Of a stretch of 38,339 nt of DNA, positions 7,633 through 17,700 are shown piece after piece. The stretch is taken from the NCBI GenBank assembly GCA_024404665.1, contig JAKSPQ010000003.1, forward strand, positions 1 to 38,339. Direction: 5' to 3'. Every line of letters begins with the position of its first letter. Positions within the stretch are counted from its first letter, which is position 1. Under the pieces are notes generated by a model, which ran no database searches, was not told the DNA's origin, and worked only from the letters and a program-made list of their open reading frames with translations. Source of the DNA: Clostridia bacterium. Lineage in GTDB: Bacteria > Bacillota > Clostridia > Oscillospirales > CAG-272. The position numbers were made by a program, and so were the translations under genes.

Positions 7633-10047
7633 TTATTTTACGACAAAGTTGACGATTCTGTTCGGAACCGCAATCTCCTTGACCACGGTCTTTCCGGCAA
7701 ACATGGACGCAAACGCGGGATCCGCCTTAACGGCAGCGATGGCATCGTCCTTCGGGCAGTCCTTGGGAAGAGCTATCGTGCCCTTGAGCTTACCGTTGAA
7801 CTGAACGGCAACCTCAACCGTGGCATCGACGGTCTTTGCCTCGTCATATGTCGGCCATGAAGCAAATGCAAGCAGTTCGGTGTTGCCAAGACGCTCGTTG
7901 ATTTCCTCGCAGAGATGGGGAGCTACGGGGTTCAGCAGTCTGATGAATGTGTAAAGCTCGTCTCTTGTAAGATGACCGAGAGCTGTAATCTCGTTGATAA
8001 GGCCCATCATGGCAGCGATGGCGGTGTTGAACTTCATTGCCTCAAAGTCCTCGGAAACCTTCTTCACGGTCTTGTGGAAGGAGGTCTCAAGCTCGGGAGT
8101 CACTCCGTGGCCCTTGGCCAGGACAAAGAGGTCGTCGACTCTCTGGAGGAATCTCTGGCAGCCCTTAACCGAGTTCTCGGACCACGGAGCGGCAGCTCCG
8201 TAATCACCCATGAAGAGGATATATGTTCTGAGAACATCGGCTCCGTATTCGTCGATAACGTCGTTCGGGTCTACGACATTGCCCTTGGACTTTGACATTT
8301 TTTCGCCGTCGGGGCCGAGGATAAGGCCCTGAGCGGTACGCTTTGCATAGGGCTCGGCGCAGGGAACGACGCCGATGTCGTAAAGGAACTTATGCCAGAA
8401 GCGGGAATAAATCATGTGTCTCGTTACATGCTCCATTCCTCCGTTGTACCAATCGACGGGAGCCCAGTAAGCGAGCTTTTCGGGATCGGCAATGCATTTG
8501 TCGTTGTTGGGATCGATGTAGCGGAGGAAGTACCAGGAGGAACCGGCCCACTGAGGCATGGTATCCGTCTCGCGCTTTGCGGGGCCTCCGCACTGAGGGC
8601 AGGAGCAGTTGACAAAGGAATCGATTCTGGCAAGCGGTGATTCTCCGCCCTGACCGGGAGCAAACTCCGTCATCGGGGGCAGCTTCAAAGGAAGCTCCTC
8701 CTCGGGTACTGTTACCATGCCGCATTTCGGGCAGTGTACAATCGGAATAGGCTCGCCCCAATAACGCTGACGGTTGAAAGCCCAGTCCTTCATCTTGAAC
8801 TGAACTCCGCCCTCGCCGGCGCCGATTTTTTCAAGCTCTTCGATCATCCTTGCAATGGATGCCTTCTTGCCGGACATGCCGTTTAAGAAGCCGGAGTTGA
8901 TCATTTCGCCCTCTCCGGTATAAGCCTCGGTTTCGACATCGCCGCCCTTGATTACGGGGATGATGTCAATTCCGAATTTCTTTGCGAACTCCCAGTCTCT
9001 CTGGTCGTGAGCGGGAACGGCCATGATGGCTCCTGTTCCGTAGCCCATCATTACGTAATCGGCGATATAAATCGGGATTTCCTTGCCTGTGATCGGATTT
9101 ATTGCGGTAATACCGTCGATGCGGACACCTGTCTTGTCCTTGACAAGCTGTGTACGCTCGAATTCCGTCTTCTTCGCGCACTCGGCACGGTAAGCTTCGA
9201 TTTCTTCCATATTGGAAATCTTATCGGCATTTGCATCGATGAGAGGATGCTCGGGAGCCATTACCATAAAGGTAACGCCGTAGAGGGTATCGGGACGTGT
9301 TGTGTAAATCTTAAGCTTCTCATCGATGCCGCTGAGACCGAAGTTTACGAAAGCGCCTGTCGATTTGCCGATCCAGTTCACCTGCTGCTGCTTTACGTTG
9401 GGCAGATAGTCAACAGTTTCAAGACCCTGAAGGAGCTTGTCGGCGTACTCGGTTATACGGAGATACCATACGTCCTTGGACTTCTGGATAATATCGCTGT
9501 GGCAGATGTCGCACTTGCCGCCCTGGGAGTCCTCGTTTGAAAGAACCACCTTGCAGGAGGGGCAGTAGTTTACGAGAGCGGTATCACGGAAGGCGAGGCC
9601 CTTCTTAAAGAGCTGAATAAAAATCCACTGAGACCACTTGTAGTAGTTTTCATCCGTGGTGTCGATGACTCTCGACCAGTCAAACGAGAAGCCCACGCGC
9701 TTAAGCTGCGACGTAAACTTCGCAATGTTGTTATCGGTTACCTGACGGGGATGAATACCTGTCTTGATGGCGTAGTTTTCCGTGGGAAGACCAAAGGCGT
9801 CAAAGCCCATGGGGAACATTACGTTGTAGCCCTCCATACGGCGCTTGCGGGAAATGACCTCAAGTCCTGAATAGGCCTTGATATGTCCTACGTGCATTCC
9901 GGCTCCGGAAGGATAGGGGAACTCCACGAGGCCGTAAAATTTCTTTTTCTCGGAGCCCTTCTCGCCGGGGTCGGCAGCTCTGAAGGCTTTCTCGGCTTCC
10001 CAGCGATTCTGCCATTTTTTCTCAACAGAGAGATAATCGTACTTCAT
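7633..10047 (-). CDS. leuS: Leucine--tRNA ligase
   Basis: FPYPSGAGMHVGH (HIGH-like), KMSKS and editing-domain TTRPDT / GTGAIMAVPAHDQRD motifs; 804 aa. Confidence 0.98.
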   Translation of the reverse strand: MKYDYLSVEKKWQNRWEAEKAFRAADPGEKGSEKKKFYGLVEFPYPSGAGMHVGHIKAYSGLEVISRKRRMEGYNVMFPMGFDAFGLPTENYAIKTGIHPRQVTDNNIAKFTSQLKRVGFSFDWSRVIDTTDENYYKWSQWIFIQLFKKGLAFRDTALVNYCPSCKVVLSNEDSQGGKCDICHSDIIQKSKDVWYLRITEYADKLLQGLETVDYLPNVKQQQVNWIGKSTGAFVNFGLSGIDEKLKIYTTRPDTLYGVTFMVMAPEHPLIDANADKISNMEEIEAYRAECAKKTEFERTQLVKDKTGVRIDGITAINPITGKEIPIYIADYVMMGYGTGAIMAVPAHDQRDWEFAKKFGIDIIPVIKGGDVETEAYTGEGEMINSGFLNGMSGKKASIARMIEELEKIGAGEGGVQFKMKDWAFNRQRYWGEPIPIVHCPKCGMVTVPEEELPLKLPPMTEFAPGQGGESPLARIDSFVNCSCPQCGGPAKRETDTMPQWAGSSWYFLRYIDPNNDKCIADPEKLAYWAPVDWYNGGMEHVTRHMIYSRFWHKFLYDIGVVPCAEPYAKRTAQGLILGPDGEKMSKSKGNVVDPNDVIDEYGADVLRTYILFMGDYGAAAPWSENSVKGCQRFLQRVDDLFVLAKGHGVTPELETSFHKTVKKVSEDFEAMKFNTAIAAMMGLINEITALGHLTRDELYTFIRLLNPVAPHLCEEINERLGNTELLAFASWPTYDEAKTVDATVEVAVQFNGKLKGTIALPKDCPKDDAIAAVKADPAFASMFAGKTVVKEIAVPNRIVNFVVK

Positions 10048-10475
10048 TCTTCTTCATCCTCTTTTTCTTCAGTCTCAGGACCAACCTCGATAATCTCCGC
10101 ATCGGGGTAAAGTCTGTCAAGATTATAGAACTGCCTTGCTTCCTCGCTAAAAACATGAAGCATTACATTTCCGTAGTCAATTACTATCCATGAGTTTCCG
10201 TCGCCCTTGCCCTCGCGGTTGTCGGGCTTTACTCCGGCAAGCGACAGTCTGTACTCGGCCTCGTCGGCCAAAGCTCTGACGTGGGTTGACGATCTTGCGC
10301 TGCAGATTACAAAGTAATCCGAAAGACTTGAGTTTTCTCCGAGATACATGAGAGAAAGGCGGGCCGCGTTACGTCTGTCAAGCACGTGCCAGATAGCTTC
10401 TCCGAGCGAACGGGGAACGGCTTTGCCTTCTTCGTCAAATTCAACCTTCGGACGGTACTCCTTACTTTCTTCCAT
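10044..10475 (-). CDS. rsfS: Ribosome silencing factor
   Basis: DYFVICS..S..HV.AL, WIVIDYGNVMLHVF and R.FYNLDRL motifs. Confidence 0.93.
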   Translation of the reverse strand: MEESKEYRPKVEFDEEGKAVPRSLGEAIWHVLDRRNAARLSLMYLGENSSLSDYFVICSARSSTHVRALADEAEYRLSLAGVKPDNREGKGDGNSWIVIDYGNVMLHVFSEEARQFYNLDRLYPDAEIIEVGPETEEKEDEEE

Positions 10476-10532
10476 TCTGAATTCTCCTTTATTCTGATAT
10501 CATAAATCAATTCTATGCGCGGCTTCCGGGCT

Positions 10533-11627
10533 TCAATCGAGTATTTCCCCCGGATTTATAACCGCATATGTGTAAACCCTTTCGAAATCATCGTCGCCGT
10601 TTCTTAAAAACGCACGGTTCCTGTCAAAGATGCCGTCGGGGATTTTTTCTTTGTAAATATTGAGCAGTCGGTTTACCGTGTCGAGCGACGCGTTCCTTCC
10701 GAGAACGTAATACGAGGATTTCAGCTTCTCCGAATAGACCGCTTTCCCGGGCATGGTAGTCATAGAAAGGCCTTCCGTCCCCGGCGACGAGGGACTCAGG
10801 ACCAGCTCCGTAAACCACAGGCAATCCTTCAGGCTCAGATCCGCAGATACGGCCGGAAGCAGCTTTTCGGCAAGTTCGGCGGCTTTTTTCGGTCCTACGT
10901 TTTCCTTAAGGGTTTTAAGCAGCGACCGCATGAACAGCTTCTGCGCCTCAAGTCTTCCGAGGTCGCCGGTTGCATAACCGGATCTGAACCTCACAAAGCC
11001 CTCCGCCTGTTTTCCGTTCAGCGTCTGCTTCCCTGCCTTTATATGTATATACAGATCCTGCTCGGGATCCTCGTAGTCCATATCGCACGGTACGTCCACC
11101 TCCACTCCGCCGATAGCGTCTATGGCATCGGCAAACACATCCGTGCCTATTACGACGGTGTAGTCGAGCTTTACGCACAGCGTTTTTTCCAGGAACGATT
11201 TCATCCCGTTCACGCCGAGCGACGCATACAGGCTGTTGAGCTTCACGCCTCCGCTCACGGCAAAGCCGACGGCCGAGGGTTCGGTATACGTATCGCGAGG
11301 CAGCTGAACGACGTTTATTTCGCCCCTGTGCGAGACTGAAACCATCATCACGGTATCCGAGAGCCCCGCAACCCTGTCAACTCCGAGAACCAAGAAGTTA
11401 TAGCTTCCCGGAGTGCCTGTTTCCGGATTTTTGTCTCTCTCGAAATCCTTCTGAAGGGTCTCGGAAGCATCCGTAAAGGGCGGAGCGTCATCAGGGACCG
11501 GAACATACCTTCTCTGCCGGATGACCAGCAGAACGCCTGTCAGGACCGTCAGAGCCAAAAATACCGCTATAGCTGTCCTGTAAATTCTGTCAAATGCAGC
11601 GTCACCTGCGGATTGAAGCCTTTTCAT
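10533..11627 (-). CDS. LCP (LytR-CpsA-Psr) family protein
   Basis: N-terminal TM, then NFLVLGVD, SDT.M, PRDT, KLNS, FVRFR and GDLGR motifs. Confidence 0.92.
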   Translation of the reverse strand: MKRLQSAGDAAFDRIYRTAIAVFLALTVLTGVLLVIRQRRYVPVPDDAPPFTDASETLQKDFERDKNPETGTPGSYNFLVLGVDRVAGLSDTVMMVSVSHRGEINVVQLPRDTYTEPSAVGFAVSGGVKLNSLYASLGVNGMKSFLEKTLCVKLDYTVVIGTDVFADAIDAIGGVEVDVPCDMDYEDPEQDLYIHIKAGKQTLNGKQAEGFVRFRSGYATGDLGRLEAQKLFMRSLLKTLKENVGPKKAAELAEKLLPAVSADLSLKDCLWFTELVLSPSSPGTEGLSMTTMPGKAVYSEKLKSSYYVLGRNASLDTVNRLLNIYKEKIPDGIFDRNRAFLRNGDDDFERVYTYAVINPGEILD

Positions 11628-12255
11628 ACTCTTTTTTGCTGAGTATCAGCTCGTTTCTCGCCTCCGACGTTGCCGGATGAATCGGCAGGCCGTCATCGAT
11701 GAGGCCTCTGACCGTCACGTCGTAGGACTCGATGAGGACGTCCGTAAAGTGTTCGTCAAGCTCCGTCGGGGTCATCGATGCGGGATCAGGATCCCAGAAC
11801 ATCCCGCGGAGTCTCACGCAGTCCGGAAAGGTTCTGCTTTCATCGATGTAATCCGCAAAGTATATGATTTTTTCAAACATTGTCATTCCGGCGCGGCCCG
11901 TTGTGTGGAAGCGGACGCCTGAGATGATTTCGTCATCGGCAAATTCCGGATATCTGACAGGAATTGACGCCGCGGCGGTTATGGCGTGAAGTGTTTTCGG
12001 CGCAGCCTTTTCTATATCGGAGAAAACGATTCCGAGAGCCTCTCCGACGCTCAGCTGCCTGTCGTAGGAGTATTCCTTGGTTATGTCGTGAAGCAGGGCG
12101 GCCGCGCGGAGCTTCATTCGTTTCTCCGGCATGAAAAGGCCGCCGAGCCTGTCGGCCATTACTTCAACCGCCAGAATATGACGGAGTCGTTTGGGAGATA
12201 TGAAATCTCCCAGGGAATTTCTGAGAGCCGACAGTCTTTCCTCGGTAATTTCCAT
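11602..12255 (-). CDS. yqeK: HD-domain Ap4A hydrolase YqeK family
   Basis: R..H...V, ALLHDITK, HTTG and ADYIDE.R motifs. Start placed at ATG 12255, immediately after yhbY. Confidence 0.88.
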   Translation of the reverse strand: MEITEERLSALRNSLGDFISPKRLRHILAVEVMADRLGGLFMPEKRMKLRAAALLHDITKEYSYDRQLSVGEALGIVFSDIEKAAPKTLHAITAAASIPVRYPEFADDEIISGVRFHTTGRAGMTMFEKIIYFADYIDESRTFPDCVRLRGMFWDPDPASMTPTELDEHFTDVLIESYDVTVRGLIDDGLPIHPATSEARNELILSKKEYEKASIRR

Positions 12256-12257
12256 GA

Positions 12258-12551
12258 TTACAGTTCTATCTTTTTGTGATTTATCGATTCTCTGTAGAGC
12301 ACGAGCTTTCTGCCTATGGTGCAAACCACGGTGGCTCCCGTCGCATCGCTCAGCTCATCTGCTGCCTCAGCGGGAGTAAGACCGGCTGTTTCAAGCACCG
12401 AAAGCTTTATGAGCTCTCTGGCCTCAAGGGCATCGGATACGGTTTTAACAAGATTTGATGTGACTCCGTCCTTGCCGATCTGCATTATTGTCGGCTGTGC
12501 CGCCGCAAGTCCGCGAAGATAGGCGCGCTGTTTTGAATTAAGCTTTATCAT
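12258..12551 (-). CDS. yhbY: RNA-binding protein YhbY (CRM domain)
   Basis: LNSKQRAYLR, QIGKDG, ELIK and IGRKLVLYR motifs. ATGA overlap with the rdgB stop codon. Confidence 0.93.
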   Translation of the reverse strand: MIKLNSKQRAYLRGLAAAQPTIMQIGKDGVTSNLVKTVSDALEARELIKLSVLETAGLTPAEAADELSDATGATVVCTIGRKLVLYRESINHKKIEL

Positions 12552-13192
12552 ATTTCCAATTGTCTCCAAAGTTTTTCCTTTGCAGCCTCGATTCTCATTT
12601 CAAGCGAAGCCGCAAGCTTTCTTACCGCCTCGCCTCTGTGGCTTACGGCATTTTTTTCCTCCTGGCTGAGTTCACCGAAAGTTTTTCCGAACGGATCGAA
12701 CCAGAAGAGCGGATCATATCCGAAACCGCCTTCTCCTCTTCTCGCGCAGAGGATTTCTCCTTCACAGGTGCCTGTCACGACTATAGGAGCGCCGGATAAG
12801 ACATTGCCCTCCGGAAATACGCAGGCCATGGCGCACACGTACGCGCACTCTCTGTTTTTCACTCCCTGAAGCTCGGATAAGAGCTTGTCGTTGTTGGCTT
12901 CGTCGTCGCCGCCCGAATATCTGGCGGAGTAGATGCCGGGGGCACCGCCCAAGGCTTCGACGGTCAGACCGGAATCGTCGGCAACGGTAATGAGTCCCGT
13001 CGCGGCGCAGCCGGCTTTTGCCTTTATGAGAGCGTTTTCTTCAAAGGAATTTCCGTTTTCCTCTATTTCATCGGTGAAGCCGATGTCATCGAGAGAAACA
13101 AGCTCGACCTTCTCTCCGGGAATATATTCCGCGAGAAGATTGTTTAACTCCCTGATTTTTCCTTTATTTCTGGTAGCCATCAGAATTTTCAT
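12548..13192 (-). CDS. rdgB: Non-canonical purine NTP pyrophosphatase (RdgB/HAM1)
   Basis: ATRNKGK, ENALIKA, ADDSGL, GFGYDPLF and KNAVSHRG motifs. Confidence 0.96.
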   Translation of the reverse strand: MKILMATRNKGKIRELNNLLAEYIPGEKVELVSLDDIGFTDEIEENGNSFEENALIKAKAGCAATGLITVADDSGLTVEALGGAPGIYSARYSGGDDEANNDKLLSELQGVKNRECAYVCAMACVFPEGNVLSGAPIVVTGTCEGEILCARRGEGGFGYDPLFWFDPFGKTFGELSQEEKNAVSHRGEAVRKLAASLEMRIEAAKEKLWRQLEI

Positions 13193-13218
13193 TGTGACAG
13201 ATTCCTTTCAAATCGAAT

Positions 13219-13860
13219 TTAACCGGCTTTTTTTCTTCGGAAGCCGACGGCGACAAACCAGAACACCGCATTAACGGCCAGCTCCGCAGCACTTATCACC
13301 CATGATACCGCAAACGAACCTATATCGATATTTTTTCCGATGATCGCCTTCGCAACCGTCAGAGTTGTCATCGCGGTAAACGCGATGCTCAGTATCACTG
13401 CGACATCCGCCGTGATATTCAAGGGCTTAATTCTGAAATTCCATGCGCCGGCGAGAATAAAGGCCGCGTCAATAAACAATTGCAGTACCAAAAGAAGAAG
13501 ATTTTCTGCGCGGTCCGCGGGCGAAACCGTAACACCGACGGATTGGACCGATATGTTCGAGAACAGAATCACAATGACGGAGATGCTACGGGAAATAACA
13601 AAAAATATGTTTGCACGCCTTAAAAATGGCGCGGTGAACAGAAAAATAACCCAAAGAATTCCGGATACCGTCCCAACCAGCGAAGCAATATAGCTTGAGA
13701 GCGCAAGCATAGATCCAGTCGATGCCGTATTACCGTAATTCTTTATAAAAGAAAGAGCTCCGATTACGGTTCTCGTGCCGCTGAAGCCTGTTGCAAGTGC
13801 GGCAACCGTTCCGAGTATTACAAACAAATCTCTTTTTTTGTCAAAACCGTTTACAAACAT
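13219..13860 (-). CDS. Hypothetical multi-pass membrane protein
   Basis: About six hydrophobic segments. Co-oriented in the operon between ftsY and rdgB with an SD upstream. Confidence 0.7.
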   Translation of the reverse strand: MFVNGFDKKRDLFVILGTVAALATGFSGTRTVIGALSFIKNYGNTASTGSMLALSSYIASLVGTVSGILWVIFLFTAPFLRRANIFFVISRSISVIVILFSNISVQSVGVTVSPADRAENLLLLVLQLFIDAAFILAGAWNFRIKPLNITADVAVILSIAFTAMTTLTVAKAIIGKNIDIGSFAVSWVISAAELAVNAVFWFVAVGFRRKKAG

Positions 13861-13885
13861 CCGAAGTACCCCTTCATAAAAGCGA

Positions 13886-14794
13886 TTATTCTCTGAAAAG
13901 GGCGTCTATGAAATCGGAGGCGACGAATTCCTGCATATCGTCTATTTTCTCTCCGACTCCGATAAACTTGACGGGAATGCCGAGCTCCTCCTTTATGGAA
14001 AGCACGATTCCGCCTCTCGCGGTGCCGTCAAGCTTGTTGAGCACGATTCCGGAAAGATCCGAAACCTTTGAGAATTCCTTCGCCTGGCTTATGGCGTTCT
14101 GTCCCGTAGTCGCATCAAGCACAAGCAGATTTTCCCTCGAGCAGCCGGGAAGCTCTCTGTCGATTACGCGGTTGATTTTGGCAAGCTCGTTCATAAGATT
14201 CTTCTTATTGTGAAGTCTGCCGGCGGTATCGACGATGAGCACGTCGGCTCCGTGAGTTCTCGCGTAGTTGCAGGCATCGAAAACAACCGCTGCCGGATCC
14301 GAGCCCTCGCTCTGTTTAATCAGCTCGACGCCGGCGCGCTCGCACCACACGGCGACCTGATCGATTGCAGCGGCTCTGAAGGTATCGGCTGCGGCAACAA
14401 CCACCTTTTTTCCGCTTTTTTTCAGAATATTCGATATTTTACCGACCGATGTGGTCTTTCCGGCGCCGTTTACACCGGTAACGAGAATGACGGCGGGCTT
14501 AGTATCTAGCTTCAGGGGCTCTCCCTCGCCGATCATGCCGGTAATGATTTCCTCGAGAGCGGACATTACGTCTTCCTTGCTTTTGATTCTGTCGTCCTTT
14601 ATTCTCTCGCGAAGATCGTCTATGATTTTTTCGGAGGTTTCCACGCCGACGTCGGCGCAGATCAGTGTCTCCTCAAGCTCCTCGAGCATGTCCTCATCGA
14701 CTCTCACAAAATTTCTGAGCATGCCCTTTATGGAGCCGATGAATGCGTTTTTGGTCTTTGCAAGACCGTTTTTCAGTTTTTCAAGAAAGCTCAT
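13886..14794 (-). CDS. ftsY: Signal recognition particle receptor FtsY
   Basis: GVNGAGKTT, DTFRAAA, DTAGR, DATTGQN and KLDGTARGG motifs. Start at MSFLEKLK after GGGAG. Confidence 0.97.
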   Translation of the reverse strand: MSFLEKLKNGLAKTKNAFIGSIKGMLRNFVRVDEDMLEELEETLICADVGVETSEKIIDDLRERIKDDRIKSKEDVMSALEEIITGMIGEGEPLKLDTKPAVILVTGVNGAGKTTSVGKISNILKKSGKKVVVAAADTFRAAAIDQVAVWCERAGVELIKQSEGSDPAAVVFDACNYARTHGADVLIVDTAGRLHNKKNLMNELAKINRVIDRELPGCSRENLLVLDATTGQNAISQAKEFSKVSDLSGIVLNKLDGTARGGIVLSIKEELGIPVKFIGVGEKIDDMQEFVASDFIDALFRE

Positions 14795-17700
14795 CCCAGA
14801 ATTCTCCCTTTCTTCCGGCAATATCCTGAACGTTGAGGGTCAGGACCTTTGAAATGCCGGACTCCGGCATCGTAACGCCGTAAAGTCTGTCCGCGGCATT
14901 CATCGTACCGCGTCGGTGAGTAATGACGATGAACTGCATCTCACCGGAATAACGCCTGATATAATTGGCGAATCTGTCGACGTTGACCTCGTCGAGCGCG
15001 GCCTCAACCTCGTCGAAGATTGTGAACGGGGGCGGATTCACCTGCAGAATCGCAAACAGAAGCGCGACGGCGACGAAGGACTGCTCGCCTCCGGAGAGCT
15101 GAAGCAGCGATTTGATGATCTTGCCGGGAGGAGCCGCCTTGATTTCGATTCCGCTTTCGAGCACATTGTCGGGATCCGTCAGCTGAAGCTCGGCCGAGCC
15201 TCCTCCGAAGAGTTCCGTAAATGTCTTTTTAAAGTTTTCGTTGATCTGATCGAAGGCGGTGACGAATACCTTTTTCATCTCGGATTCAAGCTGTGAAATA
15301 ACCTTGAGCAGCTCGTTTTCGGCCTTTTCGAGATCCGTCATCTGAGACATGAGCTCGTCGTATTTCGCTTTTTCGATTTCGTACTGCTCAATCGAAGCGG
15401 GATCGCAGTTGCCCACGTTTCTGATCTTGTTGCGGTATTCGGTCTGGATTTCAAGGACAGAGGGTCTCTCCTCCTTTGTCAGAGGAGGATAGTTGCAGGC
15501 AACAGCCTCCGCTCTTGTCATGCCGTGCTCTTCCCAGAATTTTGCGGAGAGCGCGTCAAGCTGGGAACGAAGCGTTGCAAGCCCGGTTTCTCTTGTCAGC
15601 TTTTCCTGCATGAGTCTGTCGCGTCTTGCGCTTACGTCCGCAACCGAACGGCGAAGCTCCGCGCTGTTCTTTTCGAATTCAAGGCCCGAGGCCTCGGCGG
15701 AATTCCTTTTCTCGTTAAGCTCACCGAGATCCTTCTGTCCCTCGGTGAAGCTTCTTATCGCTTCGTCAAGACGTTCCTTAAGCTCCGCGGCGGCGGACGC
15801 AAGCTCCATAAGTCTTTCGTCCTTTGCCGCGGCATCGGAGAGGAGCTCCGCGGCCTTGCCGTCGGAAAGCTCCGCCATGGCGTTGCAGCTCTCTATGTCG
15901 CGTCTGAGTCCCGTGATTTTTATCGTTACCGCCGTTGCGGCATTCTGCTTTGCGTCGCGCTCGTTGAGTGCGTCGCCTCTCGCAATATCCGCATCGGTTC
16001 TGAAGGCTTCAAGCTCCGCAACCTTTTCGGAAAGCTCCTTCTTTCTGACGGTAAGAGCCTCTATTTCGGCCTCTCTTCTTTCCTTTTCGTCTTCCGAGGA
16101 CGCAATGTCCGCCTTAAGCTTCTCGAGAAGCTCGATGCTTGACGCAAGCGCCTCGCGCTGCTTGTCGAGTCTGGCCTTTTCAACCTCGCAGAGGGTTTCC
16201 GTGAGGTGAAGCTCGTTGTCGGCATCGGAGATTTCTCCCGACAGTGCTCCGAGCTTTTCGTAAAGCTCCGCCTTGGTTTTTTCCGTGACCGCGATTTTCT
16301 TTTTCAGCGCCTGAAGCTCATTCTCCATGCGCTTGATTTCATCGGCTCTCGTAAGAATTCCGCTTCCGGTTCTCACGGAACCTCCGGTAAAGGAGCCGTC
16401 GCGGTTAATCTGCTGTCCGTCGAGAGTAACCGCTCTTACGCTGTATCCGCAGCTCTTTTCCATTGCCGTGGCGTTCTCAAGGGTATCGAAAACGACGGTT
16501 CTGCCGAGCATGGAGCTGATTACGGGGGTGAATTTATCATCCGTTACAGCGAGCTCGGATGCAACGCCGATGTATCCTCTGCAGCTTTCAGCCTGTCTCA
16601 TCTCCCTCGTGGGGGAAGAGGGCTTCACCGATGTAAGCGGGAAGAACGTCGCTCTTCCGGCATTGTCCCTGCGAAGAACCTCAATGGCCGCTCTCGCGGT
16701 CTCCTCGTTGTCAACGACGATGTTCTGTATCGCGGCTCCGAGAGCTATCTCGACCGCTGTGACATATTCGGATTTTACGTGAATCAGCGACGATACCGGG
16801 CCGAAAATCTTACCGCATCTTGCGCGCGTACCGGTTATTCCTCCGGCCGAGTATGTCTGCATTATATGCTTTACGCTGTTGTTATAGCCGTCAAAGTGCT
16901 GTTCCATTCTGCGCAGCGCTTCAATCCGTCCGGCGCCCGTATCGTATTTTACGGTTGCGGCGGCAAGCTCGTTAACAGCTCCGTTATACTCCGCGGTAAG
17001 GGCGGAATGGCGGCTTCTGCGGCTTTCGAGAAGCTCCGTCAGGGACATTATTCTTGCGGTATATGCGGAAATGAGGTCCTCACTGTCGGAGCATTCCGTC
17101 TGTGCCCTCTCAACCTCGGCCTCGCGCTCGGAAAGGTCCTTTCTTGCTGCGTCGTCCCTGTTTTCCTCGGCGTCCCCGGACTTTCCGAGAAGGTCGAGTC
17201 TCGCGTCTGCATCTGATATTTCGGCTCTGCTCGCGGATATTTCGTCAAAGGCAGTCGCTATCGCGTCCTCAAGGCTGTCTGCCTTATCGGCGGCTATGGC
17301 CGCCGCCTTTGTGAGATCGGCCTCCTCTGACGTGAGCTTTTTGATTTCCTCCGCCATGGCTGCCGCTTCCGCTCTTTTTCCCGCAGCGTTTTTCTTTTCC
17401 TTCTCCGCATTCGCTCTGAGAGCGGCGGCGTTATTCTTCTCGGATTCCGCTGTAGCCTCCGAGTTCTCTATTTTTGTCTTTGTAACTCTGACAAGGGAAT
17501 CCAGCTCGTGGTTTTCCTGGGTTCTCTGTCTGATGCTGTCGAGCAGCACGGAGGCCTCGCGCCTGTTTTCGGCAGTCAGCTCCTCCAGTCTGTCCTGGCG
17601 GCTCTTCAGAGTCGCAAGGGACTCCTCTGCCTCAGACAGCTCCATTTCCGCCATCGAACCCGATGACTCCGCCGAGGAAATATCATTTCTCAGCTTTTCG

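Noticed and set aside
10040-10535. T-box leader for leuS
   Set aside because: leuS overlaps the rsfS stop codon and the neighbouring gaps are too small; no T-box motif seen.
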